NCBI GenBank assembly: GCA_963667035.1
Contig: OY762964.1
Location: forward strand, 992,001 to 1,056,000
Reading direction: 5' to 3'
From: Candidatus Cloacimonadales bacterium
Lineage (GTDB): Bacteria; Cloacimonadota; Cloacimonadia; Cloacimonadales; JAFGVF01
DNA: 64,000 nt
Below are positions 18,823-29,465 of this stretch, one piece after another. How positions within the stretch are numbered: position 1 is the first letter of the stretch; each line of letters opens with the position of its first letter. Under the pieces are notes generated by a model, which worked only from the letters and a program-made list of their open reading frames with translations, had not been told where the DNA came from and searched no databases. The position numbers and the translations under genes are program-made.

Positions 18823-20712
18823 ATGTGGATCATAATAACACTCAGTATAGCTGAAATAAATCATTATGCCACAATAGATACATTGAGAACAGCAGCTTAT
18901 AAAGCACTAAAAGAGAATAACTGGGAAAAGACAGCCGTAAAGTATTTGGATATATCTTCTTACTTCCAGTTAACAGGCGATGTGGATAGTCTTCTATTCT
19001 ATTCGGAAGCTGCCTATGAACTAGCAGACAAGTATAAATTAACTAATTATAAAGCTCACTCTCTTAATCACATCGGAAGTTATTACAATTATACAGGCAA
19101 CTATGACCGAGCATTAGAATACTTTCATCGAGCACTACCATTCTACATGGCAGAAAATGATAGCCTTAGAATCTCTACTGTTTATGAGAATATCGGAAAA
19201 ACACACAAAGATTTAGGTAACTATAAAGAAGCTATAACCTATCTGTTAAAAGCCGCCGACATAATGGAGAAGCAAGATAATGTTGATATCAGACCTTCAA
19301 TCTATATAACTCTTGGAACTGTATTCTATAAAGTAAAAGATTTTGAGAGCATGTATAAGTATCTGTGCTATGCCAGACAACTGATAGAAGAGAGTGATGA
19401 CCTGACATTGGAGCATGCAATTCTCTACAATGAACTGGGAAATTATAATGATGTTACAGGGGATGTTAAGGCATCAGAGATTTGTTACAAAAAGGTCGTT
19501 GATGTCAGTAGGAGAATAGGTTGGACTCTAGGGGAATCCACCGGACTTAGTAATCTGTCCGACATTTATTATCAGAGGGGAGAACTGGATAAGGCTTTAA
19601 GCAATCATTTAAGAATACTTGATATTGACAAGGATATCGAGAGTAGTTACGGCATAGTTAAGGATTTCTCTTTTATAAGCGAGATATATCTAGATAAGAA
19701 TATGTATAAAACTGCAGAATCTTATGCTGACTCGGCACTTGCTATTGCTGAAGAGAAAAGTATGGCTTCCGAAGTGACATCAGTACTGAATTTGCTGAGT
19801 AGAATCTATTATGAACAAAACCGCATTAAAGATGCTTTTGATACATTCTATCTCTACCACACTTATCAAGATAGTTTAGAGAATCTTGACTATAAAAAAC
19901 ACATTAGCGATTTATCTGAGAAGTATCAACTTGCAGTTAATGAAAGAAGACTACTTGAGGAGCAGACTGAAAAGAAGATTTTAAAGCAAAGATCACTAAT
20001 ACTTTTATATGCTCTAATATCATTAATACTCATAGTACTTACTTTTGTCATTCTAAGCTTCCAAAGATCCTTGAAAAGTAGATATAAAAATCTGATTCTT
20101 AAACAGCAATTGTTTAGAGCTCAAATGAATCCTCATTTTATGTTCAATACTTTGAGTGCCATACAGCACTATATTCTAAAGAATGAAACCAAACTTGCTG
20201 CGGAATACTTGGGTTCGTATTCAAGGCTGATGAGACTAATACTCGAAAGCTCCGATAGTGAATTGATAACTCTTGAAAAGGAGCTTGATATCGTAAATAT
20301 TCAGTTACAACTTGAACAGTTAAGATTTGGAGATAAATTCGTATATGAGTTTAAAGTTCAAGAAGATATAGAGCTTGATGAGGTTTATGTACCGCCAATG
20401 CTTCTTCAGCCTCTTGTAGAAAACTCTATTAAACATGGTTTTACCGGACTTGACTATCAAGGAATAATTGAGATTGAAGTCACTATGGATGATAAGCATT
20501 TAAGACTCATAGAAAGAGATAACGGTTCTGGTAAGTTTACTAGTGATTTCTATGCAAAATCCCATGCTCTAAAAATTATGAAGCAACGTTTAGAGGTGTT
20601 AAAAAACGTAAAAAATATTGACACGGAATTAACGGTTTCATCAAATAAGACTAAGGGAATCACTACTGAGATTATTATACATAATCCAAAAAAACTTACA
20701 CCGGAGCTATAA
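18823..20712 (+). CDS. TPR-containing LytS-type sensor histidine kinase
   Basis: TPR repeats, one TM segment, AQMNPHFMFNTL, PPMLLQPLVENSIKHG, DNG; true start may be near 18791 (see findings). Confidence 0.88.
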   Translation: MWIIITLSIAEINHYATIDTLRTAAYKALKENNWEKTAVKYLDISSYFQLTGDVDSLLFYSEAAYELADKYKLTNYKAHSLNHIGSYYNYTGNYDRALEYFHRALPFYMAENDSLRISTVYENIGKTHKDLGNYKEAITYLLKAADIMEKQDNVDIRPSIYITLGTVFYKVKDFESMYKYLCYARQLIEESDDLTLEHAILYNELGNYNDVTGDVKASEICYKKVVDVSRRIGWTLGESTGLSNLSDIYYQRGELDKALSNHLRILDIDKDIESSYGIVKDFSFISEIYLDKNMYKTAESYADSALAIAEEKSMASEVTSVLNLLSRIYYEQNRIKDAFDTFYLYHTYQDSLENLDYKKHISDLSEKYQLAVNERRLLEEQTEKKILKQRSLILLYALISLILIVLTFVILSFQRSLKSRYKNLILKQQLFRAQMNPHFMFNTLSAIQHYILKNETKLAAEYLGSYSRLMRLILESSDSELITLEKELDIVNIQLQLEQLRFGDKFVYEFKVQEDIELDEVYVPPMLLQPLVENSIKHGFTGLDYQGIIEIEVTMDDKHLRLIERDNGSGKFTSDFYAKSHALKIMKQRLEVLKNVKNIDTELTVSSNKTKGITTEIIIHNPKKLTPEL

Positions 20713-21452
20713 TGCGTGCAATAATTATTGATGACGAACAACTTACGAGGGAGTTAATAAAAGAGATTCTTACCTCTGAGTTCCTGGGTATTGAGATTGT
20801 AGGGGAAGCTGACAACTATCAATCAGCAATTGATTTAATTGAAACAACAAGTCCCGAGTTAATGTTACTTGATATTAATCTCGGGAATAGAACAATTTTT
20901 GAAGTATTAGAACAAGTTCCAAACATTGATGCTAGACTTATCTTTATTACTGCATATTCTGATTATGCAGTAAAAGCTATTAAATTCAGTGCTTTTGATT
21001 ATATTTTAAAGCCCATCATTCCTTCCGAGCTTATTAAAGCTGTTAACAAAGCAGTGCAGTTGAATAAGGAAGAGCAGGACGAACAATTATCCTTATTATC
21101 TAAGAATATTAGTAATCCTGAGAAAATAGTTCTTAAAACCTCTGATAAGATGTATATTGTTAATTTGAAAGATATTGTATACTGCGAAGCTGATAACAAC
21201 TACACAATCTTCCATCTTAAGGACGGAAAAGATTTGATTCTTTCCAAGAGCTTAAAGATTTATGAAGAGCTTCTCAGCGATAACTCTTTCTTCAGGGTTC
21301 ATCAATCTTATCTGGTTAATCTAAATGCAATTGTTACTTTCGAAAAGCATGACGGTGGCTATCTTGTGATGTCTAATAAGCAGAGTGTACCTGTATCTAC
21401 TACAAAGAAAAAGAAACTCCTTAATCATCTGCAGAAGATTTATATGAGTTAA
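20712..21452 (+). CDS. LytTR-family response regulator
   Basis: IIDDE, LLDINL, FITAY, DYILKP receiver; FFRVHQSYLVN LytTR domain. Confidence 0.93.
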   Translation: MRAIIIDDEQLTRELIKEILTSEFLGIEIVGEADNYQSAIDLIETTSPELMLLDINLGNRTIFEVLEQVPNIDARLIFITAYSDYAVKAIKFSAFDYILKPIIPSELIKAVNKAVQLNKEEQDEQLSLLSKNISNPEKIVLKTSDKMYIVNLKDIVYCEADNNYTIFHLKDGKDLILSKSLKIYEELLSDNSFFRVHQSYLVNLNAIVTFEKHDGGYLVMSNKQSVPVSTTKKKKLLNHLQKIYMS

Positions 21453-21552
21453 TAGTTTTAAGTGTTTACATTGTTCTTCGAACAAGATAGTACATTCTTT
21501 TAAACTGAATATATTTTTGGGCATAATTTAGTATGCCCTTTTTGGGTAGCTA

Positions 21553-21654
21553 AACCACCTGCTTTGCAGGTGGTTCCAGACTATTGACAAAGCTATGAGG
21601 GTATTTACATAGCTTTGTCAATAGTCTGAAGAGTGCCTTATCTAAGACACTCTT
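21553..21654. repeat. Three stacked hairpins between convergent genes (IS-end-like remnants plus probable terminator)
   Basis: AACCACCTGC-ttt-GCAGGTGGTT (21553-21575); perfect 21-bp inverted repeat 21577-21597/21608-21628; AAGAGTGCCTTA/TAAGACACTCTT (21629-21654). Confidence 0.75.
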
Positions 21655-21678
21655 CCAATATATCTACAATACTCTGAA

Positions 21679-23139
21679 TTAATCTTCAGGTACGTATCTT
21701 ACATTAAGTTGTCTTGCTGCAAGCACATCATCAACACGTCTTACAGGTGTTGAGATAGGAGCATGATGCAATAACTCGGCATCAGTTTCACATTCCTTAG
21801 CAATCTTAATCATAACGTCAACGAAATGATCGAGTGTCTCTTTACTCTCGGTTTCTGTAGGCTCAATCATCATAGCTTCTTTGATAATGAGAGGGAAGTA
21901 GACTGTAGGAGCGTGCATATTGTTATCAAGAAGTCTCTTAGCAATATCAAGAGTTATAATACCATACTTCTCTTTCTGCCAAGTTGCATCAGCAACAAAC
22001 TCGTGCATACAATATGTATTTTTGTATTGAATATTATAGTAAGGAGCAAGTTTTGCTTGAAGATAGTTAGCATTAATGATAGCATTCTCTGCAACTGCTC
22101 TGATTCCTTTAGCTCCAAGCATTTTGATATAAACAAATGCTCTTACATTCACAGCAAAGTTACCGAAGAAGGTATGTACTTTACCGATAGAAGTTTCTTT
22201 ATGGCTATAATCAAGGAAGTATGTCCCGTCATCCTTTTTACCTACCATTGGTACAGGAAGATAAGGGAGAAGTTTTTCAACTACACCAACAGGACCTGAA
22301 CCCGGACCACCGCCACCGTGAGGGGTAGAGAAGGTTTTATGTAGGTTATAATGCATAACGTCAAAACCTATTTTTCCAGGTTTCACAAGTCCTAATAAAG
22401 CATTAAGGTTTGCTCCGTCCATATACATCAAACCATCAACACTGTGGATGATTTCAGCAATCTCTTCAATTCTTCCTTCAAACAATCCAAGAGTGTTAGG
22501 ATTTGTAAGCATGAATCCTGCAGTGTTCTCATCAACCAATTCACGAAGATGGTCAATGTCCACTTTACCGTTCTCATTGGATGCTAATTCAACTACTTTA
22601 AATCCTGCAAGACTACAACTGGCCGGATTGGTACCGTGAGCTGAGTCAGGCATAATAATAGTATCTTTATGAGTATTACCTTTAGCTTTATGGTAAGAAG
22701 AGATAACTTTTAGTCCGACAAACTCGCCTTGAGCACCTGCAACAGGTTGAATTGTTACATTAGCCATTCCTGAGATTTCTGCTAAGTCATTTTGTAACTC
22801 GTACATTATTTCCAAAGCACCCTGAACTGTTTCTTCCGGCTGGTAAGGATGTACATTACCAAGTCCTGAATTACGTACAGCAACTTCATTTACTTTAGGA
22901 TTATACTTCATAGTACATGAACCTAAAGGATAGAAACCTTTATCAACCGAGTGATTCTTTTGGGCTAGATTAAGGAAATGACGCATAACATCAAGTTCGC
23001 TAACTTCGGGAAGTTCAGCATTTTCTTTTCTAGTAAACTTCTCAGGAAGAATAGAGCCTAATTTAACATCTACATCATTCTTAGGAAGTGTATATCCCTT
23101 GCGACCTTCGCGACTGATTTCAAATATAGTCTTAGACAT
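21679..23139 (-). CDS. gcvPB: Glycine dehydrogenase (decarboxylating) subunit 2
   Basis: PLGSCTMKYNP, SAHGTNPAS, NLHKTFSTPHGGGGPG PLP-lysine motif. Confidence 0.96.
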   Translation of the reverse strand: MSKTIFEISREGRKGYTLPKNDVDVKLGSILPEKFTRKENAELPEVSELDVMRHFLNLAQKNHSVDKGFYPLGSCTMKYNPKVNEVAVRNSGLGNVHPYQPEETVQGALEIMYELQNDLAEISGMANVTIQPVAGAQGEFVGLKVISSYHKAKGNTHKDTIIMPDSAHGTNPASCSLAGFKVVELASNENGKVDIDHLRELVDENTAGFMLTNPNTLGLFEGRIEEIAEIIHSVDGLMYMDGANLNALLGLVKPGKIGFDVMHYNLHKTFSTPHGGGGPGSGPVGVVEKLLPYLPVPMVGKKDDGTYFLDYSHKETSIGKVHTFFGNFAVNVRAFVYIKMLGAKGIRAVAENAIINANYLQAKLAPYYNIQYKNTYCMHEFVADATWQKEKYGIITLDIAKRLLDNNMHAPTVYFPLIIKEAMMIEPTETESKETLDHFVDVMIKIAKECETDAELLHHAPISTPVRRVDDVLAARQLNVRYVPED

Positions 23140-24482
23140 TATTTCACCTCCTGAATTGCTCTAACAAGTGCATCCATTTGAGCTTTGGTTTTCTTTTCGG
23201 TTACTGCAACCATAAGTTGATTAGGGTTACCGAAAGGAGTCATATCAATACCTGCATAAATGTTCTGTTTTGCAAGTTCATGAACAATCATACTTGCAGG
23301 AACAGGAGTATTAATAACAAACTCTCTAAAGAATACAGCATTAGGATAAGCCATACTGAAACCTTCCAGCTTGCTTAACTCATCTGCAAGATAATGAGAT
23401 TTTGTCATTGAAAGAGTAGCAACTTCTTTAAGTCCTTCTTTTCCCAAGATACACATGTATACGGTTGCAGCAAGAACACAAAGTGATTGATTGGAGCAGA
23501 TATTAGAAGTAGCTTTCTGACGTTTAATGTGCTGTTCTCTAGCCTGAAGAGTCAAGCTATAAGCTTTCTTTCCTTCTGCATCAAGAGTAGCACCAACAAT
23601 TCTGCCAGGCATTGTTCTGGCGTTCTTTATACTATTGGTAGCAAAGAAACCGAACAAAGGTCCACCATAATTAACGGCATTACCCAATACTTGACCTTCA
23701 CCAACAACTATGTCTGCATTATATTCGGCAGGGGAGTTGAGGATTGATAAGCTGATAGGGTCAGCAGATACGATGAACATAGCTTTAGGATTGGAATGAG
23801 CAATTTCCTCAATTGCAAATACTTCTTCCAGATTACCAAAGAAGTTTGGAGTCTGAAGAATCACGCATGCAGTTTCAGAGTCTACTTTAGCTTTTAAATC
23901 GTCGAGGTCTACAAGACCGTCTTTAACATTAGTATAAACTATTTCTGTGTCTATACCTTCAGTGTATACTTTAATTACTTCTTTATAGTTAGGATGGATA
24001 GTGCCTGCAACTATTGCTTTATTCTTACGAGTTTTACGTACTGCCATAAGAATAGCTTCTGCTATTGCAGTTGCTGCATCGTACATGGATGCATTTGCAA
24101 CTTCCATACCGGTAAGATTACAAATCATTGTTTGATATTCATAGATATACTGCAAAGTTCCTTGGCTTACTTCAGCTTGATAAGGAGTATAAGCAGTAAA
24201 GAAATCAGGTTTGGAAACAACTGAATCAACAGCTGATGGAATAAAATGGTCATAAACACCACCACCCAAGAATGAGTTAGCTCCGAATGAGCAAGTATTC
24301 TTGTTGGAAAGTGTGTTAATCCTGTTAAGAATTTCAAGCTCAGATACAGGATCTGAAAGGTCTAGTAATTCTTTTAATCTGAACTTCTCAGGTATTGGGG
24401 CTAACAAGTCTTCAAACTTGTCTACGCCAATTGCTTTTAACATTTCCTGACGTTCTTTGTCAGTATTGGAAATATACGGCAT
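23139..24482 (-). CDS. gcvPA: Glycine dehydrogenase (decarboxylating) subunit 1
   Basis: YTPYQAEVSQG, NASMYD, REQHIKR.KATSNICSNQ. Confidence 0.96.
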   Translation of the reverse strand: MPYISNTDKERQEMLKAIGVDKFEDLLAPIPEKFRLKELLDLSDPVSELEILNRINTLSNKNTCSFGANSFLGGGVYDHFIPSAVDSVVSKPDFFTAYTPYQAEVSQGTLQYIYEYQTMICNLTGMEVANASMYDAATAIAEAILMAVRKTRKNKAIVAGTIHPNYKEVIKVYTEGIDTEIVYTNVKDGLVDLDDLKAKVDSETACVILQTPNFFGNLEEVFAIEEIAHSNPKAMFIVSADPISLSILNSPAEYNADIVVGEGQVLGNAVNYGGPLFGFFATNSIKNARTMPGRIVGATLDAEGKKAYSLTLQAREQHIKRQKATSNICSNQSLCVLAATVYMCILGKEGLKEVATLSMTKSHYLADELSKLEGFSMAYPNAVFFREFVINTPVPASMIVHELAKQNIYAGIDMTPFGNPNQLMVAVTEKKTKAQMDALVRAIQEVK

Positions 24483-24766
24483 ACATATCTCCTTTTAGTT
24501 TATTATTTTGCCTGCATTGATTGTAATTATCTTTTTTTGTCAATAATAAAGAAACAGCCATTACACGATTTATTGTATCTATATGATAATCAAATTGATA
24601 AGAATTGAAAACTTATTACTCATTCGTACAGCTGTTTTTGTATATTGTGATGAGTCTAACGATTTCTTTTGTCTCGATCAGGTTGTTTATTGTCAAAAAG
24701 GCATTAACTGCATAGGAAATTCTTATTGACAAATTAACATAGCCTAATTTCCTCATTCCTACATGC

Positions 24767-24858
24767 GGAGAAGTGTCCGAGCTGGCCGAAGGAGCACGGT
24801 TGGAAACCGTGTGTACGTCACAAGCGTACCTAGGGTTCGAATCCCTACTTCTCCGCCA
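24767..24858 (+). tRNA. tRNA-Ser(GGA)
   Basis: Acceptor stem GGAGAAG/CTTCTCC-G-CCA; anticodon arm CACGG-TTGGAAA-CCGTG; long variable arm GTACG..CGTAC; T loop GTTCGAATC. Confidence 0.96.
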
Positions 24859-24979
24859 CTATTCTATCTATCTACCTATCTTATAATTATCTACCCAAGA
24901 AATACTATTATCTAACTATCTATTATTTAGGAATATTATGTGAATCCAAGATGATTTTTCTCATTGTGCCCGAATTAAA

Positions 24980-25088
24980 CACACGGGACTTACTCGGGAA
25001 TCACACGGGAATCTCTCGGGAATCACTCGGGACTTTGCCCGAGAAATTCCTGCGATATTCTCGTCAAATTCACGGAAAATTCCCGAGT
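24980..25088. repeat. 11-bp tandem/inverted repeat element (CTCGGGAAT-like unit)
   Basis: CGGGA cores at 24984,24995,25006,25017,25028, then reverse-oriented degenerate units at 25038,25049,25060,25071,25082. Confidence 0.8.
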
Positions 25089-25206
25089 GTTGAAAGAGAT
25101 TGCGAAGAGTGAGCTATTTTAATAAACAAAATGAAATGTATTCTTGACAAGAATATGATAAATTCTACCTATACTGAATAAACAAAAATGCAAAAGTGGA
25201 GAGTAG

Positions 25207-26823
25207 ATGTCCTATACAGTTCTAGCGAGAAAATACCGTCCTCAAACTTTTGAAGAAGTCTATGCACAAGACCACATTACAAGAATTCTAATCAATGCAA
25301 TTGAAATGAATCGAGTTGCACAGGCCTATTTATTTGCAGGTCCAAGAGGTGTTGGTAAAACCTCAATGGCACGCATTCTTGCGAAGAGTCTTAACTGTGA
25401 AGTAGGAACTTCAGCCCATCCATGTAACGTTTGTTCCAATTGTATTCAGATAACCAATGGAACATCTCAAGATGTTGTTGAGATTGACGGAGCATCCAAT
25501 ACAAGTGTGGATGATGTTAGGGATTTACAGAAAGATTTGATATACATGTCAGCAACATCCGATTACAAGATATACATTATTGATGAAGTTCACATGCTTT
25601 CTAAAAGTGCTTTTAATGCACTCTTGAAAACTTTGGAAGAACCTCCTGAGAAAGTAATATTTATTTTTGCGACAACCGAACCTCATAAAGTATTACCAAC
25701 AATTATATCTCGTTGCCAGAGATTCGATTTCAAAAGCATACCTGTTTACGATATAGTTAGACGTTTAAAAGATATTGCCGAGAAAGAAGAAATTAAAACA
25801 GACGAGGAGTCCTTGTACATAATCGCCCAGAAGGCCGAAGGAGGTATGAGGGATGCTTTATCTTTGTTTGATCAGGTAATATCATATTGTAATGACGATA
25901 TAACTTATGATAAGGTTCAAGATATATTCGGAATTCTGCCTTATGATTTGTTTATCGAGATTATGAGAAACATTGTAACAAGTTCCTACAAGGATTTGTT
26001 AATAAACTTTCATGGCGTTGTTGAAGCTGGTAAGGATTTACAGGAATTTCTAAATGGGTTGATGGAATTCATTAGGAAGTTATTACTTATAAAAATAGGT
26101 GTAAAGCTTACTGATGTCCCTGAATCCATGCAGGATATGTTTGCTAAAGTTGCTTCTGCTTTTGCTGAGAATACGCTTCTTTACTACATTACAATGTTAA
26201 TGAAACTGAAAGAAGACATTAAATCCGGTTCAAACTCCGTAATGTTGACAGAGATAACTCTCCTAAAGATGAGTAAAGCGGAAGATATGATCGGAGTTGC
26301 GGAACTTGTTGAAAAGATAGACAAAGCTCCGGGTAATGATTACCAACCTCAATCAAAACCTATGATTCCCGATTATTTTCCTGAGAAAAGTAATGAGATG
26401 CCTTCTCCGGTTGTAAGAGAAATAGTGGAACAAACTATTAATGAGTCCAATCAGCCACAACCTCAGAAAGTCCTATCTGTAGAAGTGCTGAGAAAAAACT
26501 GGGAAGATGTGATTGAAGTTGCTAAGAAAAAGAGTTTTACGGTAGGTAGTTATCTTAGTGATATAAAGCTAACCTCAATAAGTGCAACGGTTCTTGAAGC
26601 GACTGCAGATAATAAGTTGGTAAAGCAGAAGATAGATGAGTTTGGAAGTGAGCTACTCACAATTATAAACAACAAATATAATTCTGATTTGAAAACCTTG
26701 AAAATAGCTTTGATTGAGAAGAAGGAGACAACACAAGAATTTAACATGTCTACTTTAAAGGAGAAATCTCCCCACTTGGCAGAATTTATCAAAAAGACCA
26801 ATTCGGTTGTGAAGCAAGCATGA
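25207..26823 (+). CDS. dnaX: DNA polymerase III subunit gamma/tau
   Basis: LARKYRP, GPRGVGKT, EIDGAS, IIDEVHML, SRCQRF. Confidence 0.96.
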   Translation: MSYTVLARKYRPQTFEEVYAQDHITRILINAIEMNRVAQAYLFAGPRGVGKTSMARILAKSLNCEVGTSAHPCNVCSNCIQITNGTSQDVVEIDGASNTSVDDVRDLQKDLIYMSATSDYKIYIIDEVHMLSKSAFNALLKTLEEPPEKVIFIFATTEPHKVLPTIISRCQRFDFKSIPVYDIVRRLKDIAEKEEIKTDEESLYIIAQKAEGGMRDALSLFDQVISYCNDDITYDKVQDIFGILPYDLFIEIMRNIVTSSYKDLLINFHGVVEAGKDLQEFLNGLMEFIRKLLLIKIGVKLTDVPESMQDMFAKVASAFAENTLLYYITMLMKLKEDIKSGSNSVMLTEITLLKMSKAEDMIGVAELVEKIDKAPGNDYQPQSKPMIPDYFPEKSNEMPSPVVREIVEQTINESNQPQPQKVLSVEVLRKNWEDVIEVAKKKSFTVGSYLSDIKLTSISATVLEATADNKLVKQKIDEFGSELLTIINNKYNSDLKTLKIALIEKKETTQEFNMSTLKEKSPHLAEFIKKTNSVVKQA

Positions 26824-27929
26824 TAGTACTGATAATTCTCTCTTACATATTATCCTTTGCTTATGCAGGATTCTTCATTGCTCTACTTGTAGGACTCTAT
26901 AAGATTGCTAAAAGAAAGCCTTATAAAGGTGAAAAGCAGAAAATATCAGTAATTGTTGCTGCACGTAATGAAGAAAAGAATATTGCTTCACTTCTAGATT
27001 CACTTCTTCTTCAAAACTATCCTAAGGAAAAGTTTGAAGTTATAGTAGCAAATGACAGGTCGACCGATAAAACACTGGATATTCTTAGTAGGTATTCAGT
27101 CACAAATTTTGGATTAATAAAATATGTTCCTGTTGAAACTCAGAAACCCGGATTAATAGGGAAGAAGAATGCACTAACAGAAGCTATTAGGCTATCTGAA
27201 AATGAAATACTTGCTTTTACAGATGCTGATTGTACTCCTGATCCGGAATGGCTGAATAAGATAAATGAGGCTTTTACGGAAGATGTGGATTTTGTTGGGG
27301 GATACTCACCGTTACAACTTGATAGCAAGTTTAACCAGGATATTAAAAATCTGGAAAGAGCATTCTTTTTCGGAATAGCGGCAGGTAGCTTCGGATTGAA
27401 CATCCCTATTACTGTTACGGGACGAAATATGGCATATAGAAAAAGACTGTTCACAAAAGTGAACGGATTCCAAGGAATAGGGACAATAAGATCGGGTGAT
27501 GATGATCTTATGATGTTTAAACTAAGTCCTCATATTAGAAATTACGGATATCTATTGGGGGAAGAAGGGACTGTTCCTTCTAAAGACAGGTCATCGATTG
27601 ATGATCAAGTTAATCTTGAAACCAGACGCTATTCAAAGCTAAAGCATCACCCTCAATACATACAAATCCTTAGCATTTCTATCTTTGCTTATTTTCTATT
27701 GTTATTGATTGATACTATTATGCTGATTATGGGATTAATGAGCTTTGATATATGGTATCAGTTCATTATAATAAAATGCTTAAGTGAGATTTTATTCATA
27801 ACAAATTATCTTGGTTTCATCGGAAAGACAAAGCTATTAGTTACTTATCCGATACTCGGAGTTTACTATATATTCCATTTTATCTGGTTCGGTATAAAAG
27901 GGACCTTTGGTAATTATAAATGGAAATAA
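26820..27929 (+). CDS. Glycosyltransferase family 2, membrane-bound
   Basis: SVIVAARNEE, NDRSTD, FTDADC, GRNMAYR, SGDDD; TM segments at both ends. Confidence 0.9.
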   Translation: MIVLIILSYILSFAYAGFFIALLVGLYKIAKRKPYKGEKQKISVIVAARNEEKNIASLLDSLLLQNYPKEKFEVIVANDRSTDKTLDILSRYSVTNFGLIKYVPVETQKPGLIGKKNALTEAIRLSENEILAFTDADCTPDPEWLNKINEAFTEDVDFVGGYSPLQLDSKFNQDIKNLERAFFFGIAAGSFGLNIPITVTGRNMAYRKRLFTKVNGFQGIGTIRSGDDDLMMFKLSPHIRNYGYLLGEEGTVPSKDRSSIDDQVNLETRRYSKLKHHPQYIQILSISIFAYFLLLLIDTIMLIMGLMSFDIWYQFIIIKCLSEILFITNYLGFIGKTKLLVTYPILGVYYIFHFIWFGIKGTFGNYKWK

Positions 27930-27995
27930 CATATTTCTTTACTAAAACAAATACTCTTACTATACTACACTCAAGGAGTACTACAGGGAAAAACT

Positions 27996-29465
27996 ATGAT
28001 TAATACATTAATGAATAAATATGGATTTAAGGATGCGTTTCTTAACTTTAAGAATGTCAGCTACTTTTTGCTGGATGAAACTAGTACACAGAAGCTTGGA
28101 GTCAAGGTTCATCATCACAATATTGGTTCTTATATACCGGCATTACTTGAGAGATACAAAAGGACTCAAGGCTTAATCGGTGGAATGGAGTTAATCGAAT
28201 ATACTCAAGAGGGTAGTTCCATATTCCTTGTAATTGAAGCTAAAAACCTTATTCCATTATTCGAAGTGACAAGTAAAGAATCTCTTATCTCGGGGAATAG
28301 ATTAATTCCATCCTTATATACAATGACCGAGGTGTTATGTCATAACGGTGAAGAATTTAACTTTAATTATACTCATTACAAGCTGATATTAATTGATACA
28401 GCAGTTTATGGATTACAGTATTGGACCATAAATGATGCCATTAGTCATGTTTTTCCAGAACCTGAGGAAATCTTCGGAACAGACGAATTCCTTATATATC
28501 GATCGCCGGAAGAGTTAAGGGGATTGGTTCCTAATGAGAAGTCGTTAATATACAAATACTCAATGATGCTGTATCAGATATTTACTGATGGCAGGATTCC
28601 ATTTTCATCCGTGCAGAAAGAAGTTATTCTAGATGAGATTAATAATGGTACATATATAAGGCCAAACTATTATAATGTGAGTATAAACTCGTCTATTCGT
28701 AATGCTATTCAGAAGAATCTTTCAGTGGACCCTAATAGTAGAATAGATAGCCTTAACAAACAACTCAATATCATTGATGATATTAACCAAGGATTTATCT
28801 ATCACAATGAGTTTGACTTGAAAGATGAGCAATTTGTTGGTGACGATTTTAAACGTAAGTTTGTATCCAAAATGATTATTGATGTGATTATAGCTTTACT
28901 GATTATTGGGGCTATAACATATTTCGTTATAAGACTCAGTGATGATTCGGAAGAAACAGATATTGAATATAGTATGAAAGATAAACAGACAATGGAGCCA
29001 ATCTCTACAAAAACTGTAACGGAAGAGAGGGTTCTTCCGATTACTCAAAGGAAGAAGTCATTTGTAAATACTGATGAATTGGATAAGCTCGTAGGACAAG
29101 ACTTGGATTCGGTAACTCATCAATTAAAGGGTTACGGAATATACATAAAAAAGATTGATTATAAACGTAAGGGTCGTAACAATCATCACGAACTGATTGA
29201 TTATATCTACAACAAAGAAAACAAGTCTATAATTCTTACATTTACTCAGAAGGGATTTACTATGCCAGACTACCAGAATAACTATCTTGATGCTGTTAAA
29301 ACAGACTTTACAAGAAGAAAGTTAAGAGTTGGAAATGTCTCTTACATCTGGACAAGTCAAGACAAGGTTGATAGAATATTGAAGACATATCCACCGGCTG
29401 GAGGATTTGTGTATGAGAATGATAGCATTAACCTTGTTGTGGGTAAAGGAGAGAATGTTAGATGA
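27996..29465 (+). CDS. Degenerate Ser/Thr kinase-like domain + TM + PASTA protein
   Basis: YRSPEE and LYQIFTDGRIPF kinase C-lobe motifs without HRD or DFG; one TM; C-terminal PASTA-like MPDY...TYPPAG...INLVVGKG. Confidence 0.7.
   Translation: MINTLMNKYGFKDAFLNFKNVSYFLLDETSTQKLGVKVHHHNIGSYIPALLERYKRTQGLIGGMELIEYTQEGSSIFLVIEAKNLIPLFEVTSKESLISGNRLIPSLYTMTEVLCHNGEEFNFNYTHYKLILIDTAVYGLQYWTINDAISHVFPEPEEIFGTDEFLIYRSPEELRGLVPNEKSLIYKYSMMLYQIFTDGRIPFSSVQKEVILDEINNGTYIRPNYYNVSINSSIRNAIQKNLSVDPNSRIDSLNKQLNIIDDINQGFIYHNEFDLKDEQFVGDDFKRKFVSKMIIDVIIALLIIGAITYFVIRLSDDSEETDIEYSMKDKQTMEPISTKTVTEERVLPITQRKKSFVNTDELDKLVGQDLDSVTHQLKGYGIYIKKIDYKRKGRNNHHELIDYIYNKENKSIILTFTQKGFTMPDYQNNYLDAVKTDFTRRKLRVGNVSYIWTSQDKVDRILKTYPPAGGFVYENDSINLVVGKGENVR

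Noticed and set aside
24767..25200. tRNA-Ser as an integration site of an island
   Set aside because: No integrase and no duplicated tRNA 3' end seen; dnaX follows directly
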